Positions 50,515 to 61,324 of a stretch of DNA of 64,000 nucleotides are shown piece after piece (the stretch's first letter is position 1; the number at the start of each line of letters is the position of its first letter). The notes below the pieces were generated by a model, which had not been told where the DNA came from, made no database searches, and was given only the letters and a program-made list of their open reading frames with translations. Position numbers and translations under genes: made by a program. Source of the stretch: Guillardia theta CCMP2712 (Eukaryota; Protista; Cryptophyta); the NCBI RefSeq assembly GCF_000315625.1, contig NW_005434635.1, positions 508,824-572,823 on the forward strand, given 5' to 3'.

Positions 50515-52565
50515 ATGGATTTGTTATCGGACTTCTTCCCTATCATGCATAAGGAAAGTGGCTATTTCCTTGCGATAGACAACGTGTCTACAAGAATTGG
50601 AGGGGAAATGCCACTATGTCTTAGTCCGACAACACGATCTTGGAGATCCTTTGAAGCTAAGAGCGAAAAAGGAATCATGTGGAAGTTTGTCGCAAACAAA
50701 TTTGTTCCATCCAATTGCGAATCTCTTGTTTTAACCGCAAAGTATATCAAAGATCCGAAAGATACTTTAAGCGTGAGTTCAATGCGCTTGCAACACTCGA
50801 TGTCATTTTCTCTTCAGGTGGGGAAAAAAGTTTGGGATCTGAGTGTCTGTGGCTTTGGGGGCTCAGTTCATGATGATGTGGAGCAGAGATGGATCGTCAG
50901 GGCTGATGGGACAATCAGAATGTTTGGAAACGACAAGTTGTGCTTAGGCAAAGGAGGTAGTCTGCCAAACGGCAGCACAGGATGCCTCGTCAACGTTCTG
51001 GAGTACGACAAGGCGCAACATTCAGAGCTCATTTGGATGATTGGATTTTCCAACGATATTTCTGTCTCGATGGAAGATCGATATCTGGGCTGCCTGCTGG
51101 GTTTAACAGTGGGAGATGCGCTTGGCTTCGCGCATGAAGGGTGGACATCGAATGAGATTGAATTAGTGTAATGTTGCTTCCCTTCTGCTTGATTGAACGT
51201 GACTGATCGTATCTATTGCCACTTGATCAGGTATCCCTCTGGTGTAAGAGATCTTTATGGTCGAAAGAATATCAAGAATGAAGAACATGAGATGGAACCT
51301 GGCAGTTACACGAATAGGTCTACATTCGCTTTGGCAGTTGCCACAAGTCTCATCGTAATTGATGATGCTCATGCATCAATTTGATGCTCTCTGAATTCTC
51401 TGGACAGGAAATGAGAGATAGTGTACCTGGGCATATCAGTCAAAGATGTGCCGAATTTTATGCGGTTTGCATAGCGCATAAACTTCATATGGATTGAAAA
51501 TCAACCAGGTGAAGGTGATTCAGGGACATGGCCGCCTCTTTGGTACAGACGGGGAAAGTTTGACCCAATACATTCGAGACAGATCTGGACGGTCTGCGAA
51601 TATTGTGCTGGCATTCTACGATGACAAGCTTTGAATGCAAAAGATGTCAAGTTGCCGAGAGCGATGAGTTTGACCCTAGAAGAGTGACCACAGATGGATC
51701 AAGTTCAGTATATCGGTGAGAGACTTATAGAGAAAGAGAAACAAGGACGAAAGTCACTTTGAATTTCAGAGTTCCGTCTGTCGGATTGGCGTGGAGAAGT
51801 CTTTCGGACAGTGAATTGAGGTAATGAATCAAATTTCGATGAGAACTACCATGCTTGATTTAGACTGGACAGGGATAAGGTTCTGAAAAGCGTGATCTCC
51901 TCAGATGGAGACTATGATGTAAGCTTAAAGATCTGATTTCTTGCAGCCTGTTGACCATTCAAAAGGCAGCTTTCATGGTTGCAAAAGCCATTGCCCTCAT
52001 AGCAGACGGTCCAGGACCATCCCAGTTCGATATCAGGAAGTTTTTGTCGCAATTGGCTAGAAGCATGCAAAACGTCGTCAAAAAGCCATTTTCTCGATCA
52101 AGAAAGCTTTCTTCGAATGTCCACTCTGGATTTCAAACCGTTGAGGAAGCAGAAAACCGTATCTCGGATGCTCCAACTACCTGGTATGTAGATTGCATTT
52201 ACAAGATACTGCACCTCTTGGATCTGGCGGAGGATATGTCGTACACAGAGCTGAGGGAGAAGGAAGAATCTGCTGGATTAAGACACTCTTCGGCAATCCC
52301 TTTTGCTTGCAGAGCGATCGACACAGTTCCAACGGCTCTGTGGAATTTTGCGATTCGATGGGGAACTCCACGCGAATGCCTGATATGGGCAACGCATGCT
52401 GGTGGAGACACCACAACATCCGTCAGCATCTTGGGAGCTTTTCTTGGCGCCCTGCATGGACCCTCTTGGATAAGTAAGTCTTGGTTTGAGACGCTGAACA
52501 ACGGCATACATGGCAGAGACTACATTATTGAAACTGCGTTGCAGTTGTTCACAGTTTATCATTAG
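50515..52565 (+). CDS. Ricin-B-lectin-like domain fused to an ADP-ribosylglycohydrolase (ARH/DraG) domain with degenerate metal-binding motifs
   Basis: Ricin-like: EQRWIVRADGTIRMFGNDKLCL. ARH: DRYLGCLLGLTVGDALG, PGSYTNR, AIDTVPTALW, GGDTTTSVSILGAFLGALHG. Confidence 0.78.
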
Positions 52566-52839
52566 TTTTTTGTACATGCTTTCACTCAAAAAGATACTTA
52601 AAAATGAGAGAAATCGATTGTTTGTTTTGGATGGAAAGGAAACGGAAAGGATTAACTTTCATGAAGACAAATTAGCTAACATCGGGAAGAACCTACATTG
52701 CAAAAGAAAGAAAACAAAAAGAATGTACACATCCAGGTCTGCTATTGCTTGCGCGAGAAGCCGAGATACCTGAAAAAGGAAATTAGGAAAAATTGAGTTA
52801 ATACATTGAATTCTAATCAGATTTATATTTCCCTCAGAT

Positions 52840-55800
52840 ACATCTTATCATCACAACAATCAGTAGAACGAAAGTTAGATTATTGATTAAGATTCTCATC
52901 AGAGGGGAAGATGAAGCAGATCGCTTAGAATACAACAAGGATACATACAATACCTGATAAATGAAGATTCACCTATACTGTACAAATATTCCAACAAGAC
53001 AATCTGGATTAAAATCCGGTATCCAGTGTCTCAACTCCTTTTGTACAATTGCACTTGATCCAACCGTCACAGCAAGAATCTCTTGCAAGCAAACATTACA
53101 CGAAACTCGCTGATGAATGATACATGATTGAATAGTCAACGATCTGAGTTGGACAAGGGCCAAGCGGTCAGATTTTTCGAGCGCTTGACGAAGGGACAAA
53201 TGATCTTTGCTTGCCGGAATTTTGCTCTCAACCAGCATTACAACTGGACGAAGGATAGGAAAGATGTACTTGTTGTAGTAAGACAAGGGTATCACATCCA
53301 CGCATGTTAAGTCTTTGGGAAAGAAAGCAGCAGGACCTGAGCTGCATGCTTGAAAGACAGACAACTCGCAATGCCCAATTTCAGCGAGGCTTGGCAATTT
53401 GATTTGTGCATCTAAATTGATCGAGAGCTTGCAGTGTGCTATGCATCGGCTGGCATCACTAGTTTGACCACAATTTGGGTGCTTGGATTGCCTTTCAAAG
53501 AGTGCTTTGCAGCGGCTGTCTTCTTCAAAAAAATCGCTCCGCCTTGACGTATAAACATCCACTTCCAAGGCTGGCACAGCACACGGAAAGCTTGTGTAAT
53601 CTCGCTGCTTTCTTTTTAACTTGACACTTTTGCACTTGCTATGCAATCAATTTCAGCACAGAAAGTAAAGAAATGTATCTTCGTTACCTTTCTTTATCTT
53701 GCGGCGAGCTTGCAGCGCTACCATGATCCGGGAGGGGAGGCGAGGAAGCGCAATTTCTTGACATGCAAAGAAGAAGTTCAAATAAGAAGGAAGGGGGCAG
53801 TCCAAATGAAGTACTCCTCCCTGATTGTTATTCATCATCGTCTTCTCTCATTGTCTTCTCTCATGATCTTGTCTTTGTCTACCTGCTGACTGCCATCTTT
53901 TATTCGCACGTGTCCTTGAGCTTCCTCTGCTAGAATTCAAATAAGCTAAAGATCTCTCAGAAATGAAATAAGCTAAAGAGTTTAGAGACTCAAGCTGGGT
54001 TTGACTTTTTTTTGTTTCTTTTTGGACTTGAAAAATCCCAGTACAACATTATCTTTGCTATATTTTTTTCCATTTTCCATCAGCCCTGGGTCCATAAACT
54101 ATATCATTACCATTCGGCCAGACATAGAGAGTTCATGGCCCTGCAAGCACAAACCACCGAAGTCAACAATATGCATTAGGTAGGGTAATTCAAACTTGAC
54201 GTCAGATATGGAGAAACGTGGGGTAGTCCCAGGGCACAACCAGGGTGGGTGGAGGGTATGACATTAGCAAGGGTAGGGTCCTCATTGTATTTTAATGACG
54301 GATGTTGCTCTGAAGCGAAAAGGAATGACGACTCGTTTGCGTTGAATCGGACAAGGGAGTGAAAAGATGACTCGGATGATAAACAGAACTGCAGAATATT
54401 TTCCGAATTGTGAAATTACATGATATTGCCTGAATTGCTGATACTGAACGTGGCAGGAAGAAAGCAGATTGTAGCACAGCAACGACCTAAATGAGCATGA
54501 AGAAAGATCCTTCATCAGTTTTTGATAGCCTACTGGATCTTGCGTCAAAGTCAACGTTGGTGACTGCAGATCAAAACGGAAAAATCTACTTGGGAACGTC
54601 TGAAAATCACCTTGAAAGCAAAGCACTTGTACACGTGAATGGATATAATACAAGACCAAGGAAGATCCATTCAAAAAGGATACCGGAAAATCAAACTTCA
54701 CCTGTTCCTGAAGGTAAAGTTGCTGAATGATCTATGTATGAATATTTTTTTGTAAAATTTTCTTTTTCAAGTTTCTGAGAATGTTCCGAGGAATTCGGAT
54801 CAAGAGGTTTTCTGTCACTTTATGTTGGTATTCTATATACCTGATTAAGCTGTGTAAAAGGGGTATATGAAGAACGGATCCTCTCAAGAGAGAAAGAACA
54901 AAATAGGTATATTGTCTAATTGTTCGTGTCAAAGTTGTGACATGCGGTGGTAGCGGTCAAAACCTCTGGTTGCCAGCCATTTTTCGATTGGGGTGATGAA
55001 AATGACGCCGATCGAAAACCTGGCTCTGCGGTGCTGCTTGTTCCCACTCTACCGGTCTTCGAGGTAGGAAGCACTGATCAATTTGTAACTGAAAGTAAGG
55101 ACAAGCCGTCATCTGTTCTTGTCCTCTGACTCGCACGGCTTTTCAGACTTGCAGTCAGACGAGGTCGTCACTCTTTGACATCGATCCAATTTTCCCGGCA
55201 TTTCCGGGTGTATTTTTCTAGGTCTGTCAGATTTATGCTGTACTAAATCACGAACAGTAAAGCATGAGATCATATTTGCAACAATTGACATTGACATTTG
55301 CTAGATACATTTATTTTCATTTGAAATTGAACAATTTTTCACATTCCTCACTATTCATGTCCTCGAAGGCTGCATTGATTTTTTGGGGTTAAACAATCAC
55401 TAATAGAATGGATTTCTCATATTGCTCACCTTTCTTTTTGGCCTCCTCCAACTCGCGAGAGAACATTTCCTAAGTCGTCTATCATCAGGAGCTTCGAATT
55501 AAAACAGAAACATACTTTCACTCGTTGCTCTCCAACTTCTTGGAATGGCATATCGGAACTCTTTTCTTTGCAACTTGAGCTGTCCTTGCTGGCTTTTGAA
55601 CTCAATTCCTGATCTTCATCACGATCGTTGATTTTCTCCCTTGCCATCGAATAACTTCACAACTAGTAAGTATCTTGGCTAAAATTGCCAACTTACTTTC
55701 GCTTGCGAGATCCCGCTTGAATTTGCCCATGTCTATCCGAGAGAGGCTGGTAAGGATCACTTCCATTGAACGATAAATCGAACGGCGGATTGCTTGCCGA

Positions 55801-57396
55801 CCTCAATCCCATATCAGAGATTACGTCAAACTGTAAATTTCAATTTAGTGCTAATGTAAACGGATTTGAACATGTGGACGCGCAAAGAGTCGGGGAGGCG
55901 ACAGAAGTTTTCAATTCACCTGAGAAGATTGGTCTGAATCGTTGTCACTATCACTGAGATCATCATAGCGATATGCGAACTGGTCATATATATTCCTAGA
56001 CTGTCGCAAAATCAACGCAGAACTACAATCGATGTCAAACCTTTGGAATGTCTCTCAGTGAGGCTGGAGGCAACGAGTCAAGACACAATGCTTCCATTAG
56101 AAAGTCGCAAACGTTCGTCCTTGTGAAACATCAATCATGATATGAAGAAGTTCTCCTCTGTTGAAGTGTGCAAACCAGTTTCGATCTCTTGCGAGGTGGA
56201 GGGGTGTCGCCCGATTCTAACGAATCGAAAATTACTCCAGTTCTAGAACAATCCACCCGAAACGTCAGACCGGTCCCTCCGATGAAAGACTCGCATTCAC
56301 GGAGTGGAGCCACTTCAATACATCCAGCTGATTGAAAGTGAACCTTAATGAATTTCATTCTCTTTCCACAGCAGACCTGCCCATCATCCGCCGCATAGTG
56401 AACAGCCCTTCCCCCAAATGCATCGCAGGTTTCAAGTAGCTATCAGCGGCAAAAAACCTTATCAGCTTCTCTTCTCAAGTCAATTCCAACTTGTATTCTT
56501 ACATTTGGGTCAAAGTTGAACAAAATCCTGCAAATTGGAGTAAAACCTGATGAAGCTGCATTGAGAAAACATTAGATTGCTTTGATCATTTCAAATAAAG
56601 AATTCCTGCTATGTGAAAGGCATTCATATCACCAGGCCCTGTTTGGCTTGCATTTGATCCATGGTCTGAACTTATCGTTAAAGGGAAATACTTTTGAATG
56701 CATTGTTCACAATTCGCTGACCTAGCAAGACACGGACGCTCACAGACTTTCCACTCTTTGCTGCGAACTATCAAATAATGTAAATACTTCCTGCTACACG
56801 CAAACGGCTTGCATACCATTAGTGGAGTTATAGGCCTTAGCTTAGTCAATACGTGAGGAAGATGCTCCCGGTAATTTCGTAGGGAGCTAAGTCACGTAGT
56901 TGGCACGCTCACTGTGTTTCCCCAAATTGACTGACCTTCGTAGTCGTGGAATATCTTCATCTATGGAATGCTGCACCACTTCTCGAAACCTTTTTCAAAG
57001 GTGTGAATCTCATCTTGTTCTCTTCTATAACGCTCACATCTCGTCGGAAGGCGTCGTAGCTAGATCATTTTCATCCTCTTCCTCATCGTTTTCAACTTGT
57101 TGATACATATTCAAGAGGTCATCATCCTCGATTTCATCTGAATTGCATTCCTGTAGCATTTCTTTCCAATGCTCTTCTTTTAATTGATTCATGGATAATT
57201 TTGTTCTTGCCTCTCTTTCACTTTTCTCGTAAAGATTATCCCCCCCCCCGCGCAATTCCAAGCAAAGACCTGAAACCCTTGGGGAAGTATTGGGGAGAGG
57301 AGGCGAGGAGGAGCTCATCAGGAGAGCCGGGGAGTTTGCTTGAGATCGTCCGGCTGCTCGCAACACAAGAAGGAGCAGTAGCAACTTTATCGCCAT
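52840..57396 (-). CDS. Ankyrin-repeat protein with signal peptide + LELRGG presequence; the long AT-rich downstream exons may belong to this gene or to a second one
   Basis: MAIKLLLLLLVLRAAG signal. Ankyrin motifs: TPLM|FAAKSG, NAFHIA|ASSG, RAVHYAADDG. Exons below ~56300 are not resolved. Confidence 0.5.
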
Positions 57397-57499
57397 TGCG
57401 CCCGGTCAATCCTCCATGGTGGGATACAAGATTCAGGGTGGGTCCACTGTGGGGATTTGGGAGGGTAGGGGTGACATAGCAGGAAGTAGGGTCCATGCC

Positions 57500-58897
57500 A
57501 TGTCGGGCACAAAGCGAGCGACGATTAAGGATCTCATGGCACAAGGCGCGAGGAGAACGGGAGAGGAACGGGGGAGGACGGCAGAGGATGGGCAAGTGAG
57601 GATGGCAGAGACTGCCGGACATGAGCTGGCAGGGAGCGGTGAAGCTCAGGACAAGACAAGGGATGGCAACACAGCAGTCAGGATGGCAAAGGAGAAGGTT
57701 ACGATGCTCTGCCCGGAAGAAATTCCTGCCAACACTCGTTATTCGGTACACCGCTGCTGATATTTGAATGCTGAATGAGTCTATACCCAGGTTGCTTTAA
57801 AGCACCTCGCACAATCCGATGGTTTTGCAAGATCTACCATCCCTTGCTCTAATTCTGCCTGCAGACAGTGTGGCTAAGTTATCGTTTCAAGAACTTGGCG
57901 ATGAAGGATGCAGACATTTCTACAAAATTTTATCTGCATCCCAACGGTATTCTTGCAAGCATATACCTAGGGTATTTGTGACATAGTTTCACGAAGCGTT
58001 TGGGAATTTGTGGACATTAGCTGCAACAACATTGGGACGTTCGGTACCAGATGGATTTCTCGAAGGTTCCAAACATTTGGATGGCAGCCGGCTGAATCAT
58101 TTTGCAACAGCCTAGCATCGGGAAGCATTCGAAACCTTGACATCAGTGCGAATGCTGTGGGGCTTCCTCTCACAGTGAAGGTGATCTAATTGACTTTTCC
58201 CACCAGATCGGAGATGAAGGATGTAAGATACTTGCCGAGGCTTTGGTAGGAAACAGAACATTGCGCAATCTTGATCTTCACGGTACCCTGCCGTTTGATT
58301 GAGTGGCGGCTGCGAGTGTGACATGACAATTGAAAAGCCTGTAACATTAGGAGCCCGGGTGCTATTAGCCTTGCTCAAGGTGAGATATTCGTCTCACTGC
58401 AAAGTCCTTAATTGACAATGTCGCCACATTGCAGCACTTTTTCAGAATGAAATGCTTCAATACTTGAATCTTCGGTATGATGACCTACTTCAAAGAAAGA
58501 CGAGCAAAGATGATTCCTTTTTGAAGAGCGAACTATGTCTGCGATGAAGGGGCATCTGTGTTAGCCAGACTTGTCAGAGCGAATACTTCGTTACGGTGAT
58601 TCATAATTCGTGTTTGTACAGAGATGCAGATGTTTCTGATTTATCAGTGTGCAGAGTTGTTGTATGGGCTGGCAATGACATTACACGAAAGGGCCAAGTG
58701 ATTTGAATTTTGATGCAACGACATGAATTGTAACCAATGAATAGGCCGAGCTAGAAGAAGCACGAGCGTCCAACGGAAGGTGAATGTTACAGAGTCTCTC
58801 CGCTTGCGGTGTAACACTCAATCACAGAATATCCTTTGAACCATCACACCCTCAAAGCGACAAGACCTTGGAGGATGTAGGGTGCAGGGTTTGTTGA
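57500..58897 (+). CDS. RNI-like leucine-rich-repeat protein
   Basis: VDISCNNIG, LDISAN, IGDEGCKILAEAL, NIRSPGAISLAQ|AL, NYVCDEGASVLARLVRAN. Confidence 0.75.
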
Positions 58898-58905
58898 ACT
58901 CGCAA

Positions 58906-60676
58906 CTACCAGCCTCTGCACGGCTTGTAGATATCAATCACCTGTCCCAACAGCAATAAGAGAACCTTCTATAAACCGTCTACAAGTGGCACAGGCTCAC
59001 CATGTCGTTCTCTACAATGTAATAAAGCGGATGGCACGCAGCTGTGAGACCTGTTTGATTCGTGAGGCGCGTTGAGGGGAAAGAAATTTTACAGGAATGG
59101 TTGGGAACAATCTTGAGCAAAGAACCTCTTGGGTAATCATCCATGTTGTAAGGTGCTCGCTTCCCTGTGGAAGTCTTCTTGGTCTGGGTTTAAACATAAA
59201 TCAGCCGCTTCTCGAAGATTATCGGCTTGTACCATGACTTTCCCGCATTCCTGCGATAAGCTTTGAAGGACAAGATCGCAGCCTTCAACAAATCCGAAGT
59301 GATCGTCTTGCGGAGCCAGATCTTTCGACATGGCGAGAGATCTATAAAATATCTATTTTCAATCCCATGTGTTAAGACAAAAGTAATTTACCCCGCGTCA
59401 CAAAGCATGTGACCCGAACTTTCGTAATGCCCGATAACGCGTGTCAAGACTCGAACCTTCCAACCAGACCTCAGCTTGCAATGAATAGAAAGTTAAGAGG
59501 AGCACCGCAACGTCTGCCTCCTTGCAAGCTCCGGCTTGCACCTGTTGGCGATCAAAGAACACCTTAGCAAAAAGTCAAAAATCCTGCTGGAAAGCATCGA
59601 ATTTAACACATAGTTTCCGGGATGGATTTCTGTGACACCAGGGAATTGATTTGAACTTCCACAAGAAGGGGTGCTACCTTCATGAAGAGCATTTTCAGCA
59701 CGCACATAACTTAAAAGAGCTGCTATACCAATAGAAACTATTTGGCAATCGAGGCCTTTCTCAATCAAGAAATCAGCAAAAGACCTCGCCATCTTGCATT
59801 CTTCTAAACAAATGTTCTGTGCCTCTGCTCTGTACACAAGGTTACTTTTTGAGTAAACCAAGATTCATCGCACGTGTCTTGAGCCTGATAGCCATGACCA
59901 GAGTGACTGTAGATACCTCGAAAAGTTATGTTTTTCTCTCCTGATATCTTTTGCGCGAGCTCCTATGAAAAGTCAGCGATTCTAGACTGAATGAAAAGGT
60001 CACGCACCAAACCAGTTGCCCTGTTCAACCTGATGTCAACCCCAGCTCTATGATATCCGGTGTCGATCTTCAAGAAGCATCCAAAATGCGCATTTTCTTG
60101 ATCCTCTATAAAGTTTTTGAGCTCATCAACCTGAACCTCAGAGTCTACGATTAAAGAGATCTTGCATCCAGTACTTTGGGAAATCTAAGAGCTTGAATTC
60201 AAAAGGCAGACTAAACGAACAAAACTAGCCTGGTACAATGGAAAGAGCTTGATGGAGGTGATCTGAGGCAAAATGTCAATCATGTTACAACTCACCGGCA
60301 TGCAAAAGACCGGAATTCCGTAGGTGATATCACTAAACCCGTTGGAAGCAAAGAAACTGACTTCTGCCAATGTTGAGCAAACGATTCCATTTGACAAATC
60401 TCCATCAACTTGCAGTTTTGCGATTTCCATTGTCTTATGAGTTTTTACATTTGGCCGAAGCTTTACACTTCAATTGAAAAGTGTCAGGAATGGTCGAGCT
60501 CAACGTTATATGAAGATATCTTGGTATACTTACTTGCCTGCTTTGGCTTTAGCAATCATGTTTTCACAATTTCTCTTGACGACATCAATGTCGACAATGA
60601 AAGCAGGTGTGACGAGATCTGACAGCTTGCAAGGTAATTTTGTTCTCATCGCATTCCAAGTCAAGTATGGTTCCAT
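58906..60676 (-). CDS. DSD1: D-serine dehydratase / D-threonine aldolase family (fold-type III PLP enzyme)
   Basis: LVTPAFIVD, LRPNVKTHKT (PLP Lys), LKIDTGYHRAGV, GIYSHSGHGY, G|STPS, EIHPGNYV|FFD, IVPNHS|C, PCRGW*. Upstream exons up to ~61007 are possible. Confidence 0.88.
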
Positions 60677-60847
60677 ATCTGCAAATTAGAATCAATGTGC
60701 TTCGGCGATCTTGGTCTGATGCTAGCATAGAGGTGGAAGCCACATTATTGCTGCCTCCTGCTTTCCTGGCTCCTGGCAACTCTCGTGCTCGTGCTCGTGC
60801 TCGTGCTTCTGAACATGCTGCTCAGTGCTGCAGATGCACCTCGTACA

Positions 60848-60922
60848 TCTCCTGTTCCTGTTCCTGTTCCTGCTCCTGTTCCTGTTCCTGTTCCTGTTCC
60901 TGTCCCTGCTCCTGCTCCTGTC

Positions 60923-60976
<54 letters not shown>
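60848..60976. repeat. Hexanucleotide tandem repeat (CTCCTG/TTCCTG)n
   Basis: Directly visible; preceded by (CTCGTG)4 near 60782. Confidence 0.9.
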
Positions 60977-61324
60977 TCTCACAAGTTCCTTTGTCGGGAT
61001 CCGTCATTGCGTCCTCAAACTGTGACCCCACCCCAAGGCATTTCTCTAATAAAAAGAAGGGATTCCGGGGGTAGAGGGGTTATATGTGTAGATAGGACGA
61101 TCGTTGAGTTTTTCAGGCAATGAGATGCCCGGGAGTAGGTCAAGCAGTCGATTGCGAGCTCATGGAGAGATGAAGCAGCTGGTTTCTTGTTGAAATGACT
61201 GCACATAACATGCTGGGCTCATGTCATTGTTCGCTTGTCCCCGCACATCTTGAACTTCGCGACTAGCATGTCTGATAGTTGTTGCTTGTTCTGGGTGCAG
61301 ACCATCGAACGAGAGTGAGGCTAC

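Noticed and set aside
59137-59145. In-frame TGA in the DSD1 ORF as selenocysteine or readthrough
   Set aside because: A canonical GT-AG intron upstream shifts the frame and restores ...LLKIVPNHSC.
60640-61123. Poly-CS, poly-PA, poly-QE and poly-RS ORFs (metallothionein-like or SR-like)
   Set aside because: They are all frames of one hexanucleotide microsatellite.
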